64,000 nucleotides of DNA from Ancylonema sp. Lineage: Eukaryota. Of the stretch, positions 12,349-23,925 are shown in pieces. The first letter of the stretch is position 1, and the number at the start of each line of letters is the position of its first letter. The notes beneath the pieces were generated by a model that worked only from the letters and a program-made list of their open reading frames with translations, was not told where the DNA came from and made no database searches. The position numbers and the translations under genes were made by a program. Location: the NCBI GenBank assembly GCA_050230475.1, contig JBFLGF010000139.1, positions 1-64,000 of the forward strand, written 5' to 3'.

Positions 12349-14137
12349 ATGGGGGCTTCTGCTGGCCGCTTGAGTAATGACGAGGTCGTGGTCATTACAG
12401 GGTGTTCGGAGGGGGGAATTGGTCACGCGTTGGCTAGGTAAGGCGAGATGTCAGCCGAATCTCTTTTAAGCGCTTTTACCTCCGTGCACTCTCACACCTA
12501 TCATGCGGTATTCTGCTCATTTCCTGCCGTTCTTGTGCTGGCGTAAATTACAAACTGAGGGAACCGACTATGAGGTGAAATGTCCCAAATGATGTTTCAC
12601 TTTACCGATTTTAATGGCAGTTCCTATACCTCTTCTTAATCTCTGACGGAAATCTTCCATTCCGTTCCTTTTATTTTCTTTCTTTTTTGTAGAGAATTTG
12701 CAGCCCAGGGATGCCGCGTTTTTGCAACAGCCCGAAGAGTAGATGCAATGACCGATCTTCGCGACTCTGGTATCCATTGTCTGGCCCTCGATGTCACCCA
12801 GCCCGACTCCATAAAGGTATGCAGCATACCCTTGGCTGCCGCGTTCCTCATTGTGTGAAACTTCGTGACTCTCACTAAAACCGACATACTTATCCTGCAG
12901 TTGCTCTGACTCTCCACAGGCTGCCCTGGCAGAGGTCCTGCAGCTTGCGGGACGCATCGATGTGTTGGTGAACAATGCGGGTACCGGTTATTCGGGTCCT
13001 GTCGCTGAGGTGAACCTGCTCGGCGTGCGTCAGCTGTATGAGACCAACGTGTTTGGAGCCTTGGCCATGGTGCAGGCAGTTTTTCCTCATATGGCCAACA
13101 GAAGGAAGGGACGAATAGTTAATATCGGCAGTGTGGCTGGCTACGTACACAGGTGCACGCTCTCATTTGAGACAACCATGGTAGTATGTGTAGCTATTCC
13201 AACTTGAAGTGATGGTGCCTTGTTTGATGTCAGCATTTTTGAGGAAAGAGAAGTGGGCACACGACATGAAGTTCCAACTTCAAAAGAAAGCAGCCTAGCA
13301 TTAAATTGTTTATTTTATTGTCCAGCTGATCTAGCCTTTGGTGGAGTACGGGGCGGGCGCAATAATCACACAGAGATGGATGCCTACACATTTGAAACAC
13401 CCTTCAATGCCAAGGCAATCAGCCTGTGTCGTCTAACTATCATTGCACACAAAAACCAAAAAAAATATAAAAAAGGATTGGTTCGTTCCTCCCACATGCA
13501 GACCCTGGAACGGCCCTTACTGCTCGAGCAAGGCAGCCCTCCATGCCCTCACTGACAGCATGAGGATGGAAATGGCACCCTTCAACATCAAAGTGTTGCT
13601 GGGTGCGCCCGGCTTTATCAGAACAAATATTTTCGGGTAAGTCAGGGCCTGCAGGGCACTTGTTGTGCCATGCAGTCTGCCTCCAGCCCCTGTCACGAAC
13701 TATCACATTATGTATTCGGAAGGACATAACCAATGAATGGTTTTGAAGTGCTTGCTTGCTGAAGACAGACGTACAAATCAGATAAAATCTTTCAATGATT
13801 CTACTCCTTTGTGATTTCCACGCTTTTACAATCGGTGTTCACATCGTGAATTTGGCTTGTACCCAGAAAAAATTTGGAGAATATGGCAATGGCTGGCCCC
13901 AACAGCCACTACGGAGACTACGTGGATTCACAAAAGAGTATGGCTGCCAAGAGTGTGAGCAACCTTAGAATGACGCCCGTGAACGAGTTTGCCAAAAGGG
14001 TCGTGTCCTTGTCCCTCGGGGGCAACTCAGGTTGGCGATTGGTGTGCGGATATCAATCTGGGCTTGCACTTTTAATCAACTGGTTCCCTATGTGGCTTAC
14101 AGACTATGTGCTTTGGAGTAAGTTTGGTAAAGGGTAG
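12349..14137 (+). CDS. Classical short-chain dehydrogenase/reductase (Ayr1/SDR-b-like)
   Basis: Exons 12349-12437, 12693-12816, 12920-13152, 13502-13636 and 13867-14137 are all GT-AG and in phase. Motifs: VVITGCSEGGIG (NAD(P) binding), LDVT, LVNNAG, NIGS, YCSSK (catalytic YxxxK), PGFIRT. Confidence 0.95.
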
Positions 14138-15323
14138 AAAGTTTAATCCCAATTCTTGTAGCCCTCACACATGTTTTTGCATTGAAGTCGTCAAATTGTA
14201 AGCCCGCTAGCGGCAACCCTTGTGATCACTAAAAGCGGGTGTAAAGTCGACTCTTTGCTTGCAGCCGTCTAAAATAGCCAGCAAACAAAGAGTCATAAAT
14301 TTGTAAATGCGAAAGTGAATAGTACTTAAATGTTGTGCAAATGATGTTGTACACATCTCGGTATCAGACTCAAGTCATATACGGTGTCGCTTTTCTTAGT
14401 CAAGAAGGTGTCACGTATACTACATGGGAGCACATTATTCATGAAGATACAATTAGATCATAGCGAATTCGCACTTTGCCGTTGTGTCCAACATGGTGTC
14501 AATTGATTTTGGTGTCGAGTTGTGCATACCAACGTGCAATGCACGTCCCGTAATTACGTATACTCAGCAAATACTCAACAACATTCATTGTACGTGAGTT
14601 GGCTTCGAGTAGCAAAACATCCCACACCTTACATGATTATGTTCGTACATTTAGTGCATTCAATGCAATACACTAATTAGTTGAAAGAAGGGAATGGATG
14701 TCTATTGTGATTCCAAGTTTCGTGAAGGCAAGAGAAGTGATGTAGAGCGCAATACGTATCTTGCATTGTTGGGCACAATGCAAGTAGATATGCGACCACC
14801 ATGCGGGATTGTGTCATCGTTGTGAACACCAATTTTGTGATGAAGCACTAGTTGCTTTTGGCTCTTGATGAGGACTCGTGCCATTATCCGCCTACATCGT
14901 GTTTAAAGTACAGGGTAGCTATTTGCTAGCTATGTGTTGCAACATTTGTTGTGGATATTGTTGGGAGGATTCGTTGGTTAAGTGTAATGACATCATTTTA
15001 GCAAGGAAGTGAAGGGGTCTCTGCCTGTGTTAACGAGTATGTCTGCATGGGAATTAGTGAGTTGCGGAGTTGTTCTACACAAAAAAATGCCAATGCTTGT
15101 CCCTATAGAGCATAGTTGTCCCTGTAATGCATATGCTTGTCCCTGTGCATTGCCGTGTGCTTTATTTGTTGACATTTTTGCAAAAAAAATGAATAAAGCA
15201 TATGGAGTGATACTCTTTTCCAGATTGCTAACCCACACTTAAGATGAGTTGGCAAAATGTACAAACCATTGTTGGTCAGATAGTCATGACCAGATCCTTA
15301 TTGCCTAGTTGTACTTGGGTGCA

Positions 15324-15610
<287 letters not shown>

Positions 15611-16316
15611 TCGGAAGAAGATTTTGCTGGATCATAACATGATATCCAAATCGTATTAGTGCTATTGAAGCAAGAGCCCTTACAACGGGCGTAGTATTTG
15701 CGCCGTGCTTGTGTTTTGAAAATTAATAACCAGAAGCAATGTGTTGAAATCATAATCAAAACAAAATGTTACATAATGGATTGGAGGAAAGAGCGAAGTC
15801 TACTTCTCTCTATGCCACGTGTTTACCTCTTTTGCCCCAACCACAGCGTAGGGCACTAGTAAGTTGACGTGCTACTCTAGGAGCAAGAGGCCTTACGGGC
15901 ACAACGCTTTCAACAAAAACGGAACAAACATAAACAAATTAGTAACCAAACTAGTTTACACCAAGTGAATCAAGAATACATTCAATAAAGTAATACTGCA
16001 AGACTCTACTACTCAATGCTTTCAACCTCATACTGTCTCCCTGAACTATTAGGGAAGTGTCGCACTACAACTAACTCGCACAAGGATATTTGATCTACAA
16101 TGTTCTATGGTAACATGCGGGTATGCCAGTCGCCTCCATGTAATGGAGCATTGAGAAAGCAGGCTGGTTTTGTGTACAACTGAATACAGATCAGGGGATG
16201 AAAGCACCATCCCTTCTTAGCGCAAGCCTACTCCTGTGGATGTCCTTCGAGCTAGAAGCCCGATGCTCTATCTACTTTCACATAATTGTTATCCACTCGA
16301 ACTTGACGACATTCAT

Positions 16317-17915
16317 TCACTTTTCAGGAGAGAGACCAGGGGAACTGTTGGACGAGTTGCCGGAGGAGCTTAGGGGCGTCAATACCGACATTGGACTTTC
16401 CTTCCGCCTGTGCCCACCCTTGATAGTAGATATACTCGCTGGCTGTGCGAGAATCGGTGGGCGTTCTGCTGTTTCCAAATGGTCCCCACTGATCAGCCAC
16501 GTGACCGCACTCGACAAGGCAGATGGGTCTATCAACCCGCAGAACCACGAGTCTCGATGCGCCTTCGATTTGGTGAGCCACAACGTAACATGCTAAGAGT
16601 CAGCCCACGCAATCTGTCCTAATTTCTATCAGCATCTGCAGCCTTCCATCAACATTGCAAAAGAACATTGATGCCACCCATGTTTCTTATTTCCTTTTCC
16701 GTTCATCTCACCTGGCCGTCTATGTGGCTTGGAGCCGATGCTGCAACGTTCATCTCATGAAGCAATCCTCTCAGACACATGGCTCCCTCACCCCGACCCT
16801 CCTGAAAGTCGCCGAATTCGTCACTTCTGCAAGCAGCAACGCGACAAGAGTAAGATATCAGCACTGAAATTGGACTTTGACCAAGATCAGTCAACAAGGC
16901 AGCAGGTGACAAAATTTCTGATGTTAGCGCTGAAATTGCCATTTTTCCTGGTAGGTTTGATGTATACCTTTCCTGCCAGAATCCAGTTTGTTGCAAGTGT
17001 CGCGGTGGGCAATCGCGTACAATCGTTCGCGTCCGATGATGATTGTCCGATGACAGTGAGCGATTGTCCGCTCCTGTCGTGGCTTGTTGATTCTGTTTTC
17101 CGAGATGCGAAACGGCCCCTCCTTGACAATCTGACCGCAGCTTACCACCGGACCTGGTATTGATGCTGCGTGACACTCCATTCTTCTTTCGACTGTGACT
17201 CTTCATTGGGCCGTCCATCTCTATCATCAACCCAAGCAAATGAGTCCGCGATTTCTCAGCGATCCGCTTCACAACCGCTTGCTACAGAGCTCGAGACTGG
17301 TCAAACGTAAGCTCCATCTTCTGTGTGCTGGACTTCAAAGGGGAGTTTATATCAGCTGCTGTAGGTACAATTTTTGGGCCAGAGGCTGCTTCCGTTTGGG
17401 ATACACTTTTATGTAAAGCCTTGGAATCTAAAACCTGCTTACGCGCTTTCGGATGGATTGCAGGCTCTGCGGGCTTCACTTTCTGACTCTTCTGAATATT
17501 AGCAACTTTCTGCACCACAGCCTTAGGGCTCATAGGCGGAGTGTCAGCTTCCGGTACACGAAGCAGAGGTGGCCTGGCCAGGCGTCCAAGAGTCGGAAAA
17601 CGATTTACCCTGGCAAAGGCAATAGTGCGGAGAGGGGGGTCGTAAAAAAACGAAGGGATACGGAATGTATTCGCCCAATTTGTGGCCTCGGGTATTAACT
17701 CCCCAAAGAGCGTGAAAGAGCAATGCGAAGGCATCAGAAACAGACTTCAGGACTGATCCCACTCTATCTCGTCAGCGACATTCAGCGCTCTAAATCGTAG
17801 GACTGGCCCGAGACAGTTGTAGTGGCGTAGCGGTGTAAAACTCCCTAGTACACACCGGTACCTCTGAAGCTGGCGGACTGCTGGGTGCGCACGGTCTAGT
17901 ATTTGCTGTGTTCTA
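16317..17915. other. Gene-like segment of unknown identity (possible exons on both strands)
   Basis: On the plus strand there is a candidate exon 16328-16572 (TTCACTTTTCAG acceptor, open frame GERPGELLDELPEELRG...CAFDL, GTGAGC donor). On the minus strand, ORFs 17734-17282 and 17272-16703 share a frame across one TAG and have plausible splice sites. No recognisable domain. Confidence 0.3.
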
Positions 17916-18258
17916 GCTGGAGAAGACTGACATAGTCACAGGTGGATATGTGTGCGCCAGGTGCTCTCTGGTATACTCAAAACTGGTAGCGGCCCTCGGC
18001 AGAAGTTCTGGTTCCAGGTTTGAATTCTGTTGGTGACTATTTTTGTAGCTAGTATGGACGTTAAGTATGGGCTCTGGGCTCCGGAGTATGGGCAGCGGCA
18101 TGACGTCCCAGATTGGTGGAGAGGTCTACACCAGGAGATAGTCACAAACCTATTCGGATCCGCCAAGTTTCTGACTGTGGGCCTGGCGAGTCAAAACTGG
18201 TCAGGGTCAGGAGTTTACGTCAATCGCGCATCGCCTGTAAGTGAAGCTATGCTCTTAA

Positions 18259-18892
18259 GAGCATAGCTTATGGGACTGAGGATTCGTCGAGTTTGGTTGG
18301 GGAGAACTGTACAAATATTGTACGGCATTTTCAAAATCCCCAACCTGAAACAATTGAATTTGTACGGTATGCCTCTTCGTACTGCTTATAGGAGCTCCGC
18401 CGATCTCGAATTCAGTGCCACGGAGGCACACGACGACGTATGGTATCTTGAACAATCATTACAATACAATCCATCGGCGGTCACGATTAACTTTTGGAAC
18501 CGGGGAACCACATCCAACGCTTCAGATTTAAGGTCCCTAGATTCTGTAGGTCTTTTGAGGGAATAACCGTCTCCTAGTGGTTGGGGGAGCTACGCTCTCA
18601 TTTTACGACTAAAATTAGACGTACGGACAGCGTTCTTTTCCGACTGGTCGACTGTGCTGTGATTGGCTCACAAATCCCTCACACGAAATCCCCAGAGTGA
18701 TTTTCCTGAGGATTCTGGCCCCAAATCCTCAGGAAAATCACTCTGACGATTTTCAAAATGGATTTTCAAATCACGTTGGTTCCGATAAGCAGCGATATGA
18801 CGATTTATTTTCATGTTGGTTGGGGATTCGATTAATTGAAGGGGTCTCCCCAACCAAAGTTCGACGAATCCTCAGTCCCATAAGCTATGCTC
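18259..18892. mobile_element. PIF/Harbinger (Tourist)-like MITE
   Basis: Long TIRs GAGCATAGCTTATGGGACTGAGGATTCGTCGA... / ...TCGACGAATCCTCAGTCCCATAAGCTATGCTC, flanked by TAA (left) and TAT (right). Confidence 0.8.
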
Positions 18893-19594
18893 TATGGGGT
18901 ATAAATTGGACCGCACGGGGCTCCGGATCCGGGCTCACGAGTCCGGCTCGTATTTACGAGTCTGGGCGGGCTCTTTGGGCCCAGCGGGCTCTTGAAGCCC
19001 GACGAGCTCAAATTGGAGTGACGCAATCTACAGTTACAATCTCAATATAATGACATTTTTTTTGCCCAATTTCTAATCCAATATGAAAACCTACTGAATA
19101 TAGGGACAACCGCTATAGTGACATACGTTAGAGTGACCAAAAAATCCCAGGTCATAATATTTCGATGTCACTATATGGTGAAACGTGTTTAAATCAATAC
19201 CATCAATAATCTGTCTAATCTAATAGAAAATATTCTGCCCGATTTTGGTTTCCACCCAAAATCTGACGTGTAACTTAATAACCGGTCTAATTTCGTTGTT
19301 TTATGGTTCGAACATGAGCAATGTAGATTGTGGCAAGAGGATATCATAACAGACGCCGTTTAGATGAGCCACCTCCCTTAAAAAATACCGACCTAAATCT
19401 CACTCGATCTAGTGACTTTGGCCCATTGTCGCCCTATCAAATGTCCCTATACATTGTATAGTGACAACCCTAGCATTCGATATAGTGACATCGAATCCCC
19501 ATGTCTATAAAATTGTCAGTATATCAATACTGCATTGTATTGTAGCCCTCGATACAACGTAGTCTTGATATAGTGGCAATTTTATAGACACGGG

Positions 19595-21164
19595 CAGGGA
19601 TGGCAAATACGGCCCTTAATTGCCCTTCGGGATGTTATTAACTTCAAAACCCTAATTAGGGGTTGCACTTAAATTGCTAAATTGCTGAGGTAGACATGTA
19701 TTTTTGGGCAATAATCATACAAAACGGGACTCACCACGTTTGAAAGAGCATTGATGCACCGGGACGGAAAAAATACCTGCAAACGCCGTATTGCAAACGC
19801 ATACATATGGAATATGTGCGTGCGACGAAAATTGCAAACGGCGTTTGTAAAACGTGTGCATTTGCAAACGTTCGAATTTGTAAACGTTTTGCAAACGTCC
19901 GCAACGTATTTCTTTAGTTTACCTGTAGTACACTTCCGGCAACTGACGTATGAAAGTTTGTAAGACTCGTCATCATTGGTTCATGACTTTCACCACTAAA
20001 AAGTAACCAACATTTTGTGAAACTTCTAGAAAGCAAAGAATAAAACTACACGCAAACGTTTGCGATCGCAAACGATTGCATCCGTACAGTCCGTACACGT
20101 TTGCCGCATTTCACGGACGTATTCCGGACGTTTGCGAGCAAACCCGTACGACGTTTGCATTTTCCAGGGACGTGAGAGTGCTCTCGGCAACGTGCGGAAA
20201 ATGTGCCGTACGGAATACGGCACCCGTCCCACGGCATCACTGTAAAAGAGCCCACTTGCAACCACATTCGCTATATCATGCATGTTTGACCTCTTACATC
20301 ATTTTGGAAAAGAAAATAATTTTGTTTCTCCGACACTTATTTAAGCGTAGGGTATATATTTGGAAAAATTGGAGCGAGAATTCAACAATTGGTGTCTCAA
20401 ATATTGAAAAATACCGGAGTCGAAGTGACAAATGAGAAGAAAACGATTGGAAGCACCGCTAATTGCGTAGTCACTTTATGACGCAATCATCGCCGCATTT
20501 TCTCAACATATCGGCACTAATTGTCTAGTCTACAAGCACAAACGTTGATAAATAATGAATTGAGAAAATTCATGTCATCACAACTTGGAGGGGAAAGCAA
20601 CGTGTCCAAGTAAACGGTCGTACAAGGAAACTCATGGATTAAATTAGGTCTCCATGCTATTTACTCTCCCACCCGTTCGAGATTTTTGGGGAGGGGCCGG
20701 AGGACGGGCTAGATGTTGTTTCTTCCGAAGAGCCTCAAGTTCGAGTTCCCCCGGCGACTCAATTCCGTACGCCCGGTTGCGAGGTCACCGTTGCTAAGAT
20801 ATGTTGTCTCGCAATTCATGGCAGACATTTCCCATTTGAGCTTGACAAATTCGTGGTAAACCGAATTTGTTGACCGATGTCCACTCAAAGTATCCGCAGT
20901 GGAGGCACATCACTTGTCACTGCCAATTTTTGTCTACACGTTTTGATCAGAGGCCTCTAGTTCCCCCCCCCCCCCCCCCTCCCCTTTAGCAAATCAATTT
21001 AGGCCCTAAATTGGCGGTTGGGGGTGGGAAATGCCCTTAAGTTGCCCCTAAATTCAAACTTATATAGAAGAGTTTTTAGGGCTTCTTTTCGGGCGTACCC
21101 TTTTTACGGTTTTTCCAATTACGGTCTAAATACCCCTAATTACGAAGAGGGTTTTTATACTTCG
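19595..21164. mobile_element. hAT-family non-autonomous element
   Basis: The left TIR is CAGGGATGGCAAA, with an 8-bp TSD GACACGGG (19587-19594) / GACATGGG (21165-21172). The right TIR is degenerate. The host MITE resumes after the TSD. Confidence 0.7.
19749..20242. mobile_element. hAT-family MITE, copy 2 (nested)
   Basis: TIRs are CATTGATGCACCGGGACG / CGTCCCACGGCATCACTG with TSD TGAAAGAG/TAAAAGAG. Homologous to 4000-4562. Confidence 0.9.
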
Positions 21165-22677
21165 GACATGGGGATGTAATGTCAGTATATTGAATGCTAG
21201 GGATGTCAATAGACATTGTATAGTGACATTTGATTGGGCGACAATAGGCAAATGTCACTATATCGAGAGAAAGTGAAAGTTAGTTATGTAATATCAAGGG
21301 AGGTGGCTCATCTTAACGGCGTTGTTTATAACGTCCTCTCGCTACAAAAAAAACTTGTCTACATGACTAATATAGGGTGGTTATTTAATTACACGTCATA
21401 TTTTGGGTGAATATCGAATCTTGGTATTCATGCGTGTGCCCTTTTACACTTGTCTAGTGTCGTATTATAACATTTTTAACACGTCTGGGCAAAAAATCTA
21501 TCATGTAACCGTCTATTTTCACACGTGGTGTATCACACTACTCTCGTTATAAAAACATTTGTGAGTACCAAAAATGACACTACGTAGTACATTTAAAATG
21601 TTGTAGCAATGATACATAATATCCTAAAACTTTGTCACAAAGTATGTTACTATTTAGAGATTCGACTAAACTAGGATGATACAACAACGTGACGCACGTG
21701 CCAAAAAAAAAAAAAAGTAAAAAAAAAGTCGACGACGATAGCCCTCCTAAAGAAAGAAAACAATGAAAATAAAAAACAAGAAAATTTAAGTATTTACTTT
21801 AAAAAACACATGTAAATAGAAAAACTAAGCCAAATAGGAGTTGTATAAAATTATAGGAGCACGCATCGATCGGAAGAATCTCAAGAGAAAACCATACTTG
21901 CTCAAGTGCGTTTGGATGGCGCGCTAAACCAGAGTTGTTCATTAAGCATTAAAAACGGGCGTTACGTGGGGACAAAGGATACACTTTTTATCGTCTTCAG
22001 TCCCGAACTGGTCAAAGGATGCGCGAGAGCGTCTGTACGCGCTTGGGTCTGAACGTTCGCTATGCGCGCTAGTCTCCCTCTGCCAAACTCGCATATGACA
22101 CTTGATACCCGGAGCAGAATACTAATTTGATGTTGCTTACCGCGTAGTACCCTACCGTACGTAGTATGCGTAATACCCAACATGAGAAAATGTTATCAGT
22201 TCTTGAATAAACCTAGCCGTTCATTCCGATAACATCAACAGAATATCCCACATTTAGAGCATAGTTGGGTCGGAGCCGCTCGCGTCCCGAGCGCGTACCA
22301 AGCGCGGCCGGATACGAGCACGCGGAGTTCGCGCTCGCGAATCTTCGATCGGTGCCGGACCTTAGACAAAAATATTAGTGAAAAAAAATGACCACGTTGA
22401 GGTACAGTCCTCAATTATATGTATTAAGAAAAAGGTGATGTTATGGTGTCATTGTGATGTTTATAACTAAAATGTAAAATGTTAAAATAATGTTAAAATT
22501 TAACGTTATGATGTAATTATATTATTTTTGAAAATACATACCGTTTATTGCTTGTACCGTCTGTGACATTTAGTACATATTATGTACAATGTTATCACTT
22601 CGACATGCGAACTTCAAGTAAAATTAATCGTCGGCAATTCGATTCTGTCGTGTAACGTCTGGAGCGCCTCAGAGTGC

Positions 22678-23925
22678 TCAGGCCCGAGCGCGTACGGTAC
22701 GTGCTCGTGAATCTTCCGACAGCACTCCGTAGGGCGCATGGCGCACCGGCTTGTTCCGGGCGCAAACGTCGCACGTACGTACGTACTCCTCCACTCCCTT
22801 CGATAAACCGGACCAGTGGAAGTACTGCGCCACCAGCGCGTGCGTACGGGCACTGCCGAAGTGGCCTGCCATAGGTGCGTCGTGGTATTGCGTTAGGGTA
22901 GATATGATCAGGGCTGCAGCGGTAGGGGGGATTGCGAGGCGGCTGCCATGGTAGAGAAGACCGTCTTGTAGGGTGTAGGGGAATTGGGACTCGCCTGCAG
23001 TGCGACTCGGGTTGGATTCCCGAGCGGGTCCGGGTTGCAGGGACGTAGCGATAGCTTGCAGGGTTGGGTCGGCTAGCTGGGCACCGCGAATGTCCGGTAG
23101 AAGGGGGTTCGAAGGGGTGAGGGGAAGATTTGCAGCGCGTAGGTGGGGGGGGGGAAGGATAGCTGGCTGGGGAATTATAGGGTGGGGGGATAGTGCTCGC
23201 GGCAGGTACTCAGGTGTGCGGGATAGGGCGTCTGGCTTGCCATTGCTGGCCCCTTTCCTGTAAGCTATGGAGAAAGCGATTTGTTCATCTGATTTCTTCG
23301 CTCTTTCGGCCCCTTCCTGTTGCATGGTTTGCATCTGAAGTAAAAATTGAAGCATTGCCTCTTCCATGGTGCAAAAAGAATGGTGGCTGAGAAGGGTATT
23401 TCAAGAGCATTGCTGATTTTGTTTTTAATGAAAAACCCAAGTTTAATTCCTATCAAAGTGTTAGGGGCGGTTGCAAATACGTCCCTAGCAAGCAAGTTGC
23501 AAAATGTACAACAACAACACTATGGCGAAAGGCCGGATAGGACAAGATGGCAAGAGCCGGATGGAATGGTTGTGTTAATGTAATGACAACACTCAAGTGA
23601 GTGCAAGTACATGAGTTGATAGGAATGCTCTCTAGGCATTCCTATCGGATAGATATAGGAAAGTCGGCCCTAGCCGAGTCTATGAACAATGTGGGATAAG
23701 TAACTCAAAGTTGGCTAAGTACACAACAAAATCTGGCTAAAGGCACAACTACCATGGCTAAGGATACAACAGAATATTCCCTAGGGGCCACGCGGCCGCC
23801 AGGGACACAAGTCTTACTATAAAGGGGGAAAACTCGCTATAGGGAAATATGCTCTAGAAGCGCTCTAGCGCTAAGTGTGGGGACCTCGCTAGGGCGCCCT
23901 AATGACTGTAGCGAGGGTCCTAACA
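22678..23925 (-). mobile_element. Truncated Ty3/gypsy (chromovirus-like) element: 5' LTR, PBS and deleted gag-pol ORF
   Basis: LTR at 23925-23459 (TGTTAGG...CCTAACA) and PBS at 23456-23446. ORF 23367-22678 contains the RNase H tail FSIAYRKGASNGKPDALSR and the integrase HHCC finger HDAPMAGHFG...CDVCARNK. Confidence 0.9.

Larger units (their letters stand above)
19090..21420. mobile_element. Head-to-head pair of pogo/Tc-mariner-like MITEs, the second interrupted by hAT insertions
   Basis: 19250-19520 is the reverse complement of 19560-19594 plus 21165-21420, with a junction TA at 19538-19539. Repeated GTCACTATATCGA motifs are present. A third copy lies at 37660-37920. Confidence 0.7.
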
